Shown one piece after another: positions 1-10,924 of a DNA stretch of 64,000 bases. Source of the stretch: an uncultured Acidobacteriota bacterium (GTDB lineage Bacteria; Acidobacteriota; Thermoanaerobaculia; UBA5066); the NCBI GenBank assembly GCA_963779415.1, contig CAVZYA010000002.1, forward strand, positions 1,024,001-1,088,000, given 5' to 3'. Each line of letters begins with the position of its first letter. Position 1 is the first letter of the stretch. A model generated the notes under the pieces. The model was not told where the DNA came from, searched no databases, and saw nothing but the letters and a program-made list of their open reading frames with translations. Made by a program: the position numbers and the translations under genes.

Positions 1-140
1 TCGAAGTGGTTGGCAGCGCCGTGAGGCTCCGGAAGGCGCCCGGGGCGTCCCGCCGGGGGGCTGCCATCGTGGCCCGTCTGAAGGGACGGGGCCAATCCCG
101 TCTGACGACGGACCAGATCCTGGCGCTCACCCGAGGCTGA
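1..140 (+). CDS. 3' part of probable AbrB/MazE-type antitoxin (VapB-like), truncated by window edge
   Basis: Frame 3 reads ...IVARLKGRGQSRLTTDQILALTRG*, stop at 138-140, 3 bp before a PIN gene; C-terminus resembles AbrB-type antitoxins. Confidence 0.7.
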   Translation, partial: EVVGSAVRLRKAPGASRRGAAIVARLKGRGQSRLTTDQILALTRG

Positions 141-143
141 CCT

Positions 144-551
144 GTGCCGGGTTTCCTCGTCGACAGCAACGTCCTCTTGGACGTCTTCACGGAGGACCGG
201 AGCTGGCTCGAGTGGTCGTCCAAGGCGCTCGCGAAATGCGCGGACGAGGGTCCGCTCGTCATCAACCCGTTGATCTACGCCGAGGTCTCGATCGGCTTCG
301 ATCGGATCGAGGAGCTGGACGACGCGCTCGACCCGGCCGTCTTCCAGAGACGGCCTCTCCCTTGGGAAGCGGCGTTTCTGGCGGGGAAGTGCTTCCTTCG
401 CTACCGGCGGCGCGGCGGCATCAGGTCCTCCACCCTCCCGGACTTCTACATCGGTGCCCACGCGCTCGTCGAGGGTCTGACGCTCGTCACCCGCGACGCG
501 ACGAGATACCGGACCTACTTTCCGCGGCTCCATCTCGTGGCGCCTGCCTGA
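144..551 (+). CDS. vapC: PIN-domain toxin (VapC family)
   Basis: LVDSNVLLD N-terminal motif, YAEVS, LPDFYIGAHA, LVTRD; 135 aa. Confidence 0.92.
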   Translation: MPGFLVDSNVLLDVFTEDRSWLEWSSKALAKCADEGPLVINPLIYAEVSIGFDRIEELDDALDPAVFQRRPLPWEAAFLAGKCFLRYRRRGGIRSSTLPDFYIGAHALVEGLTLVTRDATRYRTYFPRLHLVAPA

Positions 552-710
552 ACGGCTGACCGCAAGAAACTCACGCGGGTGGCGCACGTCTCGAGCTATT
601 TCACCGCCGGGGCTCAGAACGGGGGGAAGACCTCGAAACCCGGACAGGCGACGAATGCGCGATCGTGGGTCCGGATCTGCGTCGTGTCGGCCCGACTTCG
701 GTGCGCGCCA

Positions 711-3239
711 TCAGCTCTTCGCCCCCTTCTCGTTCAGCAGCTTGAGAAGGCCATCGAGCGGCGCTTCAAAGTACTTCGGCATCTCGCCGCGGGCGCGAGC
801 CTGCCCGAGGATCCTCGCGACCATTGCTGCGCCGTCCCGAGAGGCAGCGAGGACCTTCGCGAAGCGGCGGTTCGCCGCGCAGCGACCGGAAGTCGGGCTC
901 CACGAGCAGCCAGTCGTACGCGGGCGGGGCGCCCACTTCGATGCTCTTCTCGAGAATCCGGATCGCGTCGTCGGTCCTTCCAATGTGGGCTAGCGCGGGC
1001 GCTGCGAGGCCGGCGGCATTCGAAACGAGGTTGGCGTCGGCCTTGGCGTCGAGAGCCGAGGCGAGAATCTGCCGGGCAAGGGTCTCGGACGTTGCGGTGT
1101 CGCGCTGCGCGACCGCGAGCGCAAACCTGATCTGACGCCACACCTCGCCGGGCGTGTGTGTCTTTGTGGCTTCAGCCTCGCTGCGTCGGAGCTCCCTCTC
1201 GGCCTCGTCCAGCCGGCCTAGCTTGATCAGCGCGAAGCCTCGCATAGCCAATCCAAACGTAAAATCCGGCTCCACCCGCAGCGCCCGGTCAACGACGGCG
1301 AGCGCATCTCCCGGCCGCCCGAGCCAGCAGAGGTCCACAGCGGCGTTCCCGGCCGCGAACGAGTCGGAATGGATCGAGGTCGACGGATCGCAGGCTGGCG
1401 GCGACGGAGAGGGATACCGAACCCGGGGTACTTACCCACATCCCCAAGATATGGTGGACCCCAGCGTCGCGGGGCGCGAAGGCGACGGCCTTGGCCGCAT
1501 AGTCGATCCCCCTTTCCGGATCGGCGTGAGCCGCGTACATCTCGACGAGGCTCAGGGCTGCCCACGCTTCGCCGCAGCGCGGGTCGATGCCGAGGGCGCG
1601 ACGAGCCCACGACTCGGCCTGTCTTCGCGCCTCGTGCACATCGGCCTCCGCGTCGAACCTGCACATGTAGAGCACCGCGATCTTGGCGGCGGCGACCGCG
1701 AACGACGGATCACGTTGGAGAGCGCGATTGAATGCCGTGAATGCTGCGTCGAAATCCTGCGGGTGGTGGAGGTTTCTGTAGCGGTTCGAAAAGTAAACAC
1801 CTTCCCGGTGGGCCAGTTCGGCCTCGGACGATACCGTGCTTGTTGGGAGCGGTAACGCCGCCGGACTCACCGCGAGACGAATCCCGTCCGCTGCTTGTCG
1901 CGCGAGGTCGTTGTAGCTCTCGCGCGGGCCTTCGTACTGCTTTCCCCACCGCACCCTTCTCGTCGCCGCGTCGACGAGTTGGACGTTCAGGGCGAATCGG
2001 CCCGGAGAGGTGGTGATCGACGTGACGATGAACGAGGAGACCTTGTAAAGGTCGGCCAGCCGTCCGAGATCCCCCTTGACCTTGTCCACCTCGAAGCTGC
2101 TCGGCGGCACCTTCGTGTCGAGCCCTTCAACCTGCGAGAGCAGCGTCGAGATCGTCCCCGGGACGGCGTCAGTGAGGTACGCCACCTCCGGTGCCCCGTA
2201 GACGGTGCACGGCAAAGCGAGGACGCTGGGCGGCCCGCTTGATACGGCGGCGCGCCTCCGGTTGGCAAAGAACAGGGTCCCGGCGACAGCCAGTGCGAGA
2301 AGAAACGCCATGCCCACCAGCGACTTCCGGTGCCTGGGCACCCAGACGCCCGCCAGTGACATTGGGGCTTTGGGCCTCGTGGAGGAGACATCCGGTAGCG
2401 CCTCGATCGCAAAGACCACGTCGCGAGCCGACTGGAAGCGGCTGTCCGGATCTTTCTCGAGGCAATGGCGGACGACGTTCTCAAGCGCTGCCGGGACGCT
2501 TCGGTTGGCCTCAGAAAGGTCTGGTGGCTCCTCTCTGAGGATGGCCGACATCGTGTCGGCTGACGTCTCCCTCTGGAATGGGCGCCTTCCCGACAGCATT
2601 TCGTAGAGAACGACGCCGAACGAGAAGAGGTCCGTCCGGACATCCACCGGCTGGCCGCGGATCTGCTCGGGAGACATGTAGGCCACCGTACCGACGGCCG
2701 TGCCGGGCTGTGTGGCGCTTTCTGTGGGCGTCTCCGTGTCGACGCCGGACGGACTCGAAGGATGGAAGGAGCTTGGCGACGCCGAAATCGAGGATCTTGA
2801 CGTGCCCGTCCTTCGTGACGAAGACGTTCTCGGGCTTGATGTCGCGGTGGACGATCCCCTTCTCGTGCGCCGCCGCGAGGCCGTGCGCGATCTGGATGGC
2901 GTAGTCGACGGCCTTCTTCGGCGGCAGGGGAGCGCCCAGCTTTTCGCGGAGCGATTCGCCTTGCAGAAGCTCCGAGACGATGAAGGGGCTTCCTTCGTGC
3001 GTCCCGACGTCGTGGACGACGAGGATGTTGGGGTGGTCGAGCTGGGCGGCGGCGCGGGCTTCCTTCTCGAAGCGCGACAGCCGTTCGGGATCCGAGGCGA
3101 GCTGCTGACGAACGACCTTGATGGCGACGTCGCGCCCGAGCCGCGTGTCGCGGGCCCGGTAGACCTCTCCCATGCCGCCGGCACCGAGAGGGGCAACGAT
3201 CTCGTAAGGCCCGAGGCGCGTGCCCGCGGAGAGGCCCAT
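711..3239 (-). CDS. Ser/Thr protein kinase with TM segment and TPR repeats (frameshifted across four ORF pieces)
   Basis: [25 protein letters not shown] in 2511..3239; [16 protein letters not shown] in 1289..3244; TPR-like pieces in 766..1338 and 711..983; shifts near 2755, 1360 and 875. Confidence 0.88.
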
Positions 3240-3374
3240 GGCACCTGCCTCCCCGGGTCGTTGGAAGGGGCGGGGCGTGTCCCCCCGGCGCGACGACGCT
3301 CGTTCCCGCGGCCCGTCAGGGTCGTGTTACTGCGGAGATTCTATTCCCGGCCCAGAAACCCGGGCGAACGTCTC

Positions 3375-4340
3375 TCAGGCGAACTTGTCCGTCGCGGCGA
3401 CGAGGCCGCGGCAGTTCGGGGGCTCCCACGCGCTGTGGCCGGCGTCGGGCGAGATGACGAGGTCCGCCTCGGGCCACGCGCGGTGGAGGGCCCACGCGCT
3501 GAAGATCGGGCAGACGACGTCGTAACGCCCCTGCACGATCACGCCCGGGATGTGGCGGATCTTGCCGGCGTCGCGCAGGAGCTGGTCGTCCACCTCGAAG
3601 AAGCCCCGGTTCGCGAAGTAGTGAGCCTCGATCCGCGCGAAGGCGAGCGCGAACTCGTCCTCCTCGTAGTGGCCCGTGAAGTCGGCGTCCGGCAGGAGCT
3701 TCGACGTGGCGCCCTCCCAGCCGCTCCAGATCTTCGCGGCCGCGAGGCGGACGGAGGGGTCGTCGCTCGTGAGGCGCTTGTGGTACGCCTTCACGAGGTC
3801 GCCGCGCTCGGCCTCGGGAATGTGCGCGAGGTACGGCTCCCACGCGTCCGGGAAGAGGGTCGAGGCGCCCTCCTGGTAGAACCAGTCGATCTCCTTCTTG
3901 CGCAGGAGGAAGATCCCGCGCAGGACGAGTTCCGTGACGCGGTCCGGGTAAGTCTCGGCGTACGCGAGCGCGAGCGTCGAGCCCCACGAGCCGCCGAAGA
4001 CCTGCCAGCGGTCGATCTCGAGGTGCGTCCGCAGCTTCTCGATGTCCGAGACGAGGTCCCACGTCGTGTTCGCCTCGAGGCTCGCGTACGGCGTGGACTT
4101 GCCGCAGCCGCGCTGGTCGAAGACGACGATGCGGTACTTGTCCGGGTGGAAGAAGCGCCGGACCTTCGCGTCCGAGCCGCCGCCGGGGCCGCCGTGAAGG
4201 AAGACGGCGGGCTTTCCCTTCGGGTTTCCGCTCTCCTCCCAGTAGATCGTATGGACGTCGGAGACCTTCAGCATCCCCGTGCGATACGGCTCGATGGGAG
4301 GGTAGAGCCAGGTGACGGGGTCCTTGAGCGGATGCGCCAT
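3375..4340 (-). CDS. pip: Proline iminopeptidase
   Basis: LYPPIEPY, LHGGPGGG, FDQRGCGKS, GGSWG nucleophile elbow, DAGHSA; start taken at MAHPLK. Confidence 0.95.
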   Translation of the reverse strand: MAHPLKDPVTWLYPPIEPYRTGMLKVSDVHTIYWEESGNPKGKPAVFLHGGPGGGSDAKVRRFFHPDKYRIVVFDQRGCGKSTPYASLEANTTWDLVSDIEKLRTHLEIDRWQVFGGSWGSTLALAYAETYPDRVTELVLRGIFLLRKKEIDWFYQEGASTLFPDAWEPYLAHIPEAERGDLVKAYHKRLTSDDPSVRLAAAKIWSGWEGATSKLLPDADFTGHYEEDEFALAFARIEAHYFANRGFFEVDDQLLRDAGKIRHIPGVIVQGRYDVVCPIFSAWALHRAWPEADLVISPDAGHSAWEPPNCRGLVAATDKFA

Positions 4341-4407
4341 GCGGAACCTCCGCCCCGGATCCTGCCAGAGTCCGCGCCGGACCGCCGGAAGGTCGTCCGA
4401 CGGGCAC

Positions 4408-5105
4408 TCAGGCCAGGTCGAAGACGAGGATCTCGGCGGCGGAAGGGGTGGAGATTCTGAGCTCTCTCTCATCCGAGACCGCCGCCCCGTCGCCTTCCCC
4501 GAGCTCGAGGCCGTTCAGGTCGATCTCACCCGTCGCCACGTGGACCCACGCGTGCCGCCCGGGGGCGATCGGGTGCGTGATGGCGTTCCCCTTCTTCAAT
4601 CGGCCGATCCGGACCTCCGCGTCCCGTCGGATCGTCACGGCGTCCGGCCCCGCGTGGCTCGTGGCGACGAGGTGGAGGCGCCCGTCGAGGAGGGCGGGGT
4701 CGAGCGCCTTCTCCTCGTAGCCGGGGGAAGGCCTTCTTTCTCCGGGACGATCCAGATCTGGAGGAAGTGGAGCGACTCGGACCGGGAGGGATTGAACTCG
4801 CTGTGCCGGATCCCGGTCCCGGCGCTCATCCGCTGGACCATCCCGGGCCTGAGGACGGAGCCGGAGCCGAGGCTGTCCTTGTGCTCGAGCGCCCCCTCGA
4901 GGACCCACGAGACGATCTCCATGTCGCGATGCCCGTGGGTGCCGAAGCCGCCTCCCGGGACGACGCGGTCGTCGTTCAGGACGAGGAGGCTCCGGAAGCC
5001 GGCGTGACGCGGGTCCCAGTGCTCGCCGAAAGAAAAGGTGTGCCGGCTGTCGAGCCAGCCGGCGTCTGTGTGGAAGCGTTCGGAGGAGTGCCGGAGGGTG
5101 ATCAT
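4408..5105 (-). CDS. Pirin family protein (YhhW-like), one frameshift near 4725
   Basis: WLDSRHTFSF, GFGTHGHRDMEI, MSAGTGIRHSEFN, LQIWI; C-terminal LGEGDG...ILVFDL in the other frame. Confidence 0.9.
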
Positions 5106-5497
5106 GAAAAGTCCTTCCCGAGGTCGGCGACCGTCGTCCTTCGCATTACGTCGAGGAACCGGGATCGGACGGGCTCGAAGATCCGCCCAGCCGGTCCCGG
5201 AAAGAGAGGAAAGGCGGCATCCAGCTCTTCGTACCCCTCGAGCGCGAGGACGACGTCCCCCACCGTGATCTCGGCGGCGGGGCGCCCGAGGACGAAGCCG
5301 CCGCGCCGCCCCCGCTTCGACCGGAGAATCCCCCGTTCGACGAGGCGCTGGAGGACCTTCGCGAGGAACGGTGCCGGGACGCTCGCCCTCTCGGCCAGCT
5401 CCTTTGCGCCGCGCCCCGGCGCTAGGGGCCCGCGTCCGTCGAGGTGCGGAAGCGCGGCGAGGGCGACCTCGGCCGCCCGGGAGAGGAACATCGTCAC
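5102..5497 (-). CDS. Rrf2 family transcriptional regulator
   Basis: ELAERASVPAPFLAKVLQRL...SKRGRRGGFVLGRPAAEITVGDVVLALEG; no Cys residues. Confidence 0.9.
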   Translation of the reverse strand: MTMFLSRAAEVALAALPHLDGRGPLAPGRGAKELAERASVPAPFLAKVLQRLVERGILRSKRGRRGGFVLGRPAAEITVGDVVLALEGYEELDAAFPLFPGPAGRIFEPVRSRFLDVMRRTTVADLGKDFS

Positions 5498-5521
5498 CTT
5501 CCCGTGAGGAGCCGGAGCATC

Positions 5522-6010
5522 TCAGTCCCCCTGACGCTCTCGTTCCTCCCTGAGGATCTCGAGCTCGGCAACGGCTTCGAGATCCTTGGGGCGCCCGGCC
5601 GCCGTCTTCACCTCGATCAGCTTGTCGATTCCGAGGCAGAGACACGGAATTCCGAAGATCACGATTCGATCGCAATGGGGCTCGAGATCCCGGTATCCCC
5701 CTCCCCCAGCGATCTCCCCGAAGAGGTCGAGGTCGCCGAGTCGGGTCGCAAGAGTGAAGTTGAGCCCGTGCCGGAGCGTGGCCGCGTCCGGACGAAACGG
5801 GAGTCCCGGTGGCGCCCCGCGAAGCTGCGCGTCGAGTCCGTCGAGGGCGTCCGCGAGCTGCTGAAGGTTCTCCTGTTCGCGAAGGTAGACGACGTCGAGA
5901 TCCTGGGTCAGCCGGGCCGATCCATGCGCCGTCGCGGCCGCACCGCCGATGATGATGAAACAAACGCCCCGGGAGGCCAGCGCCCGCAGCAGACCTTCAA
6001 AATCGGTCAT
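5522..6010 (-). CDS. Nucleotidyltransferase-fold protein (putative TA component)
   Basis: IIIGGAAATAHGSARLTQDLD (GG...DxD) and K...GRPKDL C-terminal motif. Confidence 0.8.
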   Translation of the reverse strand: MTDFEGLLRALASRGVCFIIIGGAAATAHGSARLTQDLDVVYLREQENLQQLADALDGLDAQLRGAPPGLPFRPDAATLRHGLNFTLATRLGDLDLFGEIAGGGGYRDLEPHCDRIVIFGIPCLCLGIDKLIEVKTAAGRPKDLEAVAELEILREERERQGD

Positions 6011-6209
6011 GGGAGGCGCGCCGGCCGGCGCGCTTCAATTCTTCCGCAAACCGCTGGAGTTCCATCAGCTGCCGGAAGCGCTCGTCGACGGTCCGGCGGA
6101 GGTTCTCCGCCAGGAGCGACCGGTCGACGCCTCCCTTGAAAGACGCGATCCGCGCTTCCGTGTCCGCGGACCGGAGGCGTTGCGGCGCCGTGGCATCCGT
6201 GTTTCGCAT
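5997..6209 (-). CDS. Small helical protein, probable partner of the nucleotidyltransferase
   Basis: 70 aa, GVDRSLLAENLRRTVDERFRQL; overlaps the start of the downstream gene. Confidence 0.65.
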   Translation of the reverse strand: MRNTDATAPQRLRSADTEARIASFKGGVDRSLLAENLRRTVDERFRQLMELQRFAEELKRAGRRASHDRF

Positions 6210-6242
6210 CGATCGTCCCTCGGGAATTCTACGAGGGTTCGC

Positions 6243-7421
6243 TCAGCCCACCTGCCGGAGGGCGCTGGTGATCTTCGTGAAGGCGGCGCGGCCGGCGGGG
6301 AAGACGCCGCCGAAAAAGCCCATGAAGAGCGAGAAGACGATCCCCGTCACCATCAGCGTCGGGGTGAGACGGAACGCGAAAACGACCTCCGAGAAGGTCG
6401 CGAAGTTCGTCGTCCCGGTCACGCCGGAGAGCGCCAGCTTCACGGCGAGCCAGCCGAGGACGCAGCCGAGGACCCCGCCGAGGAGGGCGAGGAAGATCGA
6501 CTCGAGGACGAAGGAGGTCATGATCGCGAGCCGGCCGAAGCCGAGGGCACGGAGCGTCGCGATCTCCCGGGTCCGGGCCGAAACGGCCGCGTACATGGTG
6601 TTCATCGCGCCGAAGCAGGCCCCGATCGCCATGACGACGCCGACGAAGATGCCGAGGAACTTGATCGGCGCGGCCGTCGACGTCTGCTCGTCGTAGTACT
6701 TTCGCTCGATCTTCCCTTCGAGGGCGAGACGCGGGTCCCCCGCGAGGCCCGCGAGGAACTGGTCGCGCCCGGCGCGGTCCGTCGTCCGCGCGAGAACGGA
6801 GGAGTAGCCGTTCCGCTTGAAGTCCGAGACCATCCCCTCCACGTCGGTCCAGATCTCGCTGTCGGGTGCGGTCCCTCCCGCGTCGAAAAGGCCCACGACG
6901 GTCCAGCGGTAGGCGCCGAACTTGATCGTCTGGCCGACGTCGCAGCTGGCGAAACGGCTTTCGACGCTCTGTGAGACGACGACCTCCGACTTTCCCGGCT
7001 CGAACATCCGTCCCTTCTCGAGGTTGAAGGTCGGCCGGAGCTTCATCCCCTTCTCGCCGACGCCGCGGATCGTCACGTTCGACGAGCCGCCTCCCCTCTT
7101 CTCGAGGTTCACGACGACGACCAGCTCCGGCGAGGCGAGCGGCTTGCCGTCGACGTCCTTCGCGATCCCGGGGAGCGTCTCGATGAGGGGGACCTGGTCG
7201 CGCGAGATCCCCGACTGCAGCTCCGACTGCGAGTTCTGGCGGAGGACGAGAACGTTCTGGTCCGACCCGGACGTGGTGAAGACGCGCGTCAGCCCTTCGC
7301 CGAGCGCCATGACGCAGAGGAAGACCGCCACGACGAGGCCGATGCCGAGGACCGTCAGGCCGGTCGTGATCTTCCTCACGAAGAGGTTGCGCCAGTTGTA
7401 CTTCAGCGGAATCGCGAGCAT
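6243..7421 (-). CDS. ABC transporter permease, MacB/FtsX family
   Basis: N-terminal TM, periplasmic domain, NTMYAAVSARTREIATLRALGF, three C-terminal TMs. Confidence 0.93.
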   Translation of the reverse strand: MLAIPLKYNWRNLFVRKITTGLTVLGIGLVVAVFLCVMALGEGLTRVFTTSGSDQNVLVLRQNSQSELQSGISRDQVPLIETLPGIAKDVDGKPLASPELVVVVNLEKRGGGSSNVTIRGVGEKGMKLRPTFNLEKGRMFEPGKSEVVVSQSVESRFASCDVGQTIKFGAYRWTVVGLFDAGGTAPDSEIWTDVEGMVSDFKRNGYSSVLARTTDRAGRDQFLAGLAGDPRLALEGKIERKYYDEQTSTAAPIKFLGIFVGVVMAIGACFGAMNTMYAAVSARTREIATLRALGFGRLAIMTSFVLESIFLALLGGVLGCVLGWLAVKLALSGVTGTTNFATFSEVVFAFRLTPTLMVTGIVFSLFMGFFGGVFPAGRAAFTKITSALRQVG

Positions 7422-7431
7422 GGAACCTCCG

Positions 7432-8589
7432 TCAGGCTACCTGTCTCAGGCCGTCGACGATGGAACGCCTGGACGAACGGATGGCGGGAACGAGGCCGGC
7501 GAGCACGCCGACGGCGACCGTGACGGCGAACGCGCCCGCGAGGACGTCGGGGTAGATCCGCAAGGCGGCGGCGAGGCCGGCGAGCGGAGAGTAGAGGACG
7601 AACGCGCGCAGGCGCGGAAAGAGGGCGACGAAGAGGGCGAGGCCGGCGCCGGCGCCGGCGAGCGAGAGGAGGGCGCTCTCGGAGAGGAGAAGACCGAAGA
7701 CGATCCGTTTCGAAAAACCGATCGCGCGGAGGACGGAGATCTCGGCGATCCGCTCGCGCGCCGCCATCGCCATCGTGTTGGCGGTGATGAGAAGGATGAC
7801 GACGGCGACGATGGCCGTGAGGGAGCGCATCAGGAGCCTCACGTTTCCGAGGAGTGCGATGTACTGGTTCTGGAACTCCTTTTCGGTCTCCGCGCGGACC
7901 GGACTCGGGGAGTTCTCGAAGAGGGCGTTGATCCGGGGGATGAGGTCCCGCACGGCGGCGAGGTCCGCCGCCTTGACCCAGATCATCGTGTAGCGCCCCG
8001 CCCGATACGGGAGCATCTCGTCGATCACCTTCTGGTCGAAGAAGACCGCCGCTTCGTCGTTTCCCTCGTAGACGGCACGGATCGTGAAAGTGTAGATGCC
8101 GGGCCAGATGTCCCCCACGAGCGTGATCTTCTGGCCGACGCGCCAGCCGTACTTCCGCATCAGGAGCCGGCCGACGAGGAGGCCGCTCCGGTCGTGCCGC
8201 CACTCCTCGGCCGACCCCTCCACGATCCCCGCGGTGTCGAAGACGGCGAGGAAGGACTCCGGGTCGACCGCGAACCGCTCGAAGACGTTGAAGGCCGAGA
8301 AGTCGACGTACCGCCCGCCGAACCAGTTGAACGGCGTCACCGCGACGACCCCCGGAAGGGTGCGGATCTTCTCGAGGTGGGCCGCGGGGAGGACGTTCGC
8401 GATGGAGACGCGGTGCCGGACGGCGAGGCGGTACATCCCGCGTCCCTGCGACGGGTCCGCGTCGAGCATCGCGACGAACGTTCCGAGGAGGCAGATGACG
8501 AAGACAGGCAGGAGGATCGAGCCGACCGTCAGCCCGGTGCGCGTCCTCTTTCGCAGGAGGTTCCGGACGACGAGCGGGAGGAACCTCAT
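7432..8589 (-). CDS. ABC transporter permease, MacB/FtsX family (paralog D)
   Basis: Starts MRFLPLVVRNLLRKRTRT; NTMAMAARERIAEISVLRAIGF; TGATG overlap with upstream gene. Confidence 0.92.
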   Translation of the reverse strand: MRFLPLVVRNLLRKRTRTGLTVGSILLPVFVICLLGTFVAMLDADPSQGRGMYRLAVRHRVSIANVLPAAHLEKIRTLPGVVAVTPFNWFGGRYVDFSAFNVFERFAVDPESFLAVFDTAGIVEGSAEEWRHDRSGLLVGRLLMRKYGWRVGQKITLVGDIWPGIYTFTIRAVYEGNDEAAVFFDQKVIDEMLPYRAGRYTMIWVKAADLAAVRDLIPRINALFENSPSPVRAETEKEFQNQYIALLGNVRLLMRSLTAIVAVVILLITANTMAMAARERIAEISVLRAIGFSKRIVFGLLLSESALLSLAGAGAGLALFVALFPRLRAFVLYSPLAGLAAALRIYPDVLAGAFAVTVAVGVLAGLVPAIRSSRRSIVDGLRQVA

Positions 8590-9755
8590 CAGCCCACCTG
8601 CCGGAGGCCGTCCACGATCGGCCGGCGGGCCGCCTGCACGGCCGGGACGAGGCCCGAGAGGAGGCCGATGGCGAGGGTGACGGCGAGGGCGACGCCGAGG
8701 AGGAGCGGGTCCGGATAGTTCCCCATCCCCGCGGCGAAGCCCCCGACCGGCGAGTACTGGATCGCCTTGCGGAAGAGCGGGTAGAAGAGCGAAAAGAGGC
8801 CGAGGCCGAAGAGGCCGCCGAGGAGCGCGAGGAGGATCCCCTCGCCCAGAATCATCCCGAGGATCGTCCTTTTCGGGTAACCGAGCGTCCGGAGGACGGC
8901 GATCTCCGTCACCCGCTCGCGCGTCGCCATCCCCATCGTATTGGCGGCGATCAGGAGGATGACGCAGCCGATGATGAAGGAGATCGATGTCAGGAGGAGC
9001 TTGACGTTCCCGAGCATCGAGACCCAGCCGTTCTGGAACTCCTTCTCGCTCTCCGTCCGCGTCGGCCGGTCGGAGTTCTCGAAAAGGGCGTCGATCTCCT
9101 TTGGAAGCCGCTCCGCGTCCGCCGCCGAGGCCGCCTTGATCCAGAACCAACCCACGAACCCCTTCACGCGCGGGAGGGCCTCCTCGATGTAGGCGTGGTG
9201 GAAGTAGACGCCGGTCTCGTCGGGGCCGCGGAACGTCGCGCGGATCGTCAGCTCGACGGAGATCGGGTAGATGTCCCCCTTGAGGACGATTTTCTGCCCC
9301 ATCTGCCAGCCGTATTTCTTCATCAGAAGCTCGCCGACGAGGACGCCCGCCCGGTCGTGGATCCAGTCGTCGGCGCTTCCCCGGACGATCTGCGCCTCGT
9401 CGAAGACGCGCAGCAGCGCCTCCGGATCCTGCGTGGAGAATCGCGCGAACTGGTTTCTCGCCGACTGGTCGACGTAGCTCCCGCCGAACCACTCCATCCG
9501 GACCAGCTCCGAGACGCCCTTGAGCTGCCGGATCTTCGGCGTCTGGGAGTCCGAGAGCCAGTTCGTGATGGAGACCCTGTGCCGGACGATGAGGCGGTAC
9601 ATCCCGCGCCCGCCCGAGGGGTCGGATTCGAGGGCGCGCAGCAGCGTCCCGAGGATGCAGATGACGAAGAGGGGCAGGAGGATCGCGCCGATCGTCAGCG
9701 CCGACCGGGTTTTCTTCCGGAGAAGGTTCTTCAGGATGAGCGGCAGGTACTTCAT
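8589..9755 (-). CDS. ABC transporter permease, MacB/FtsX family (paralog C)
   Basis: Starts MKYLPLILKNLLRKKTRS; NTMGMATRERVTEIAVLRTLGY. Confidence 0.92.
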   Translation of the reverse strand: MKYLPLILKNLLRKKTRSALTIGAILLPLFVICILGTLLRALESDPSGGRGMYRLIVRHRVSITNWLSDSQTPKIRQLKGVSELVRMEWFGGSYVDQSARNQFARFSTQDPEALLRVFDEAQIVRGSADDWIHDRAGVLVGELLMKKYGWQMGQKIVLKGDIYPISVELTIRATFRGPDETGVYFHHAYIEEALPRVKGFVGWFWIKAASAADAERLPKEIDALFENSDRPTRTESEKEFQNGWVSMLGNVKLLLTSISFIIGCVILLIAANTMGMATRERVTEIAVLRTLGYPKRTILGMILGEGILLALLGGLFGLGLFSLFYPLFRKAIQYSPVGGFAAGMGNYPDPLLLGVALAVTLAIGLLSGLVPAVQAARRPIVDGLRQVG

Positions 9756-10924
9756 CACCCGACCCGGCGGAGGCCGTCCACGATCGGGCGGCGGGCGGAC
9801 TGAAATGCGGGAACGAGACCGGCGAGGACGCCGACGCCGACGGCGATGCCGAAGCCGAGGGCGAGCACCTCGGGGAAGAGGGTGAAGGTGGTCGCGAAGG
9901 CCGCCCCCGGCGTGTTCTGGAGGCCCCGCTTCAGGCCCGGCTCGAGAGCCGAGAAGAGGACGAGCCCGAGGATCCCCCCGACGAGGGAGAGCGCGAGGCT
10001 CTCCGCCAGGACGAGGCCGAAGACCGCTCCCTGCGTGTAGCCGAGCGTCCGGAGGACGGCGATCTCGGTCACCCGCTCGCGGGCCGCCATCGCCATCGTG
10101 TTGGCCGAGATCAGGAGGATGACGAGGCCGATCGAGATCCCGATCGCTCCGATCAGGAGCTTGACGTTCCCGAGCTGCTGGACGAAGCCCATCTGAAACG
10201 CCTTCTCGGTCTCCGTCTTCGTCGGGGCCGGGGAGTTTTCGAACATCGCGTCGATCTCCTGCGGCAGGCGGTCTGCGGCCGCCGCGCCCGCGGCCTTCAC
10301 GTAGACCGCCCCGGTCTGACCCGCCGTGGAGGGGAGCGCCTCCTCGAGGTATTTCCGGTTGAAGAAGATCGAGCGCGCGGTCCCTTTCTCCGGCAGGTCG
10401 AAGACGCCCCGGATCGTCAGCTCGAGGGTGACGGGATAGGCGTCGCCGACGAGCGTGATCTTCTGTCCCATCCGCCAGCCGTAGTTCCGGAACGAGTCGA
10501 TCCCGACGACGCACCCCGCCCGGTCCTTCAGCCACTCCTCGTTCGACCCTTCGAGGACCGTCGCGTCGTCGAACACCCTGAGGAACGTCTCCGGCTCGAC
10601 GGCGAAACGGGGAAAGAAGTTCTTCGCGCTCTTGTCGACGTACGTCCCGCCGAACCAGGTGAACTTCGTCGCCGCGACGACGCCGGGGAGGCGCGCGATC
10701 CGGTCCGCGTACGTGACGGGGATCGGAACGGCCAGCGAGACCTGGTGCCGGGTGACGAGCCGGAACATCCCCCGCGTCAGGGCGGGGTCGGGGCGCTCGA
10801 GCGCCCGGACGAACGTCGCGAGGAGGCAGATGACGAGGAGCGGCAGGACGACGGAGGCGACCGTGAGGGCCGTCCGCGTCCTCTTCCGGAGGACGTTCTT
10901 GAGGATGAACGGCAGGTACTTCAT
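9755..10924 (-). CDS. ABC transporter permease, MacB/FtsX family (paralog B)
   Basis: Starts MKYLPFILKNVLRKRTRT; NTMAMAARERVTEIAVLRTLGY. Confidence 0.92.
   Translation of the reverse strand: MKYLPFILKNVLRKRTRTALTVASVVLPLLVICLLATFVRALERPDPALTRGMFRLVTRHQVSLAVPIPVTYADRIARLPGVVAATKFTWFGGTYVDKSAKNFFPRFAVEPETFLRVFDDATVLEGSNEEWLKDRAGCVVGIDSFRNYGWRMGQKITLVGDAYPVTLELTIRGVFDLPEKGTARSIFFNRKYLEEALPSTAGQTGAVYVKAAGAAAADRLPQEIDAMFENSPAPTKTETEKAFQMGFVQQLGNVKLLIGAIGISIGLVILLISANTMAMAARERVTEIAVLRTLGYTQGAVFGLVLAESLALSLVGGILGLVLFSALEPGLKRGLQNTPGAAFATTFTLFPEVLALGFGIAVGVGVLAGLVPAFQSARRPIVDGLRRVG

Noticed and set aside
5102-5497. Rrf2 protein as IscR/NsrR Fe-S sensor
   Set aside because: Contains no cysteines; an Rrf2-pirin pairing is ordinary.
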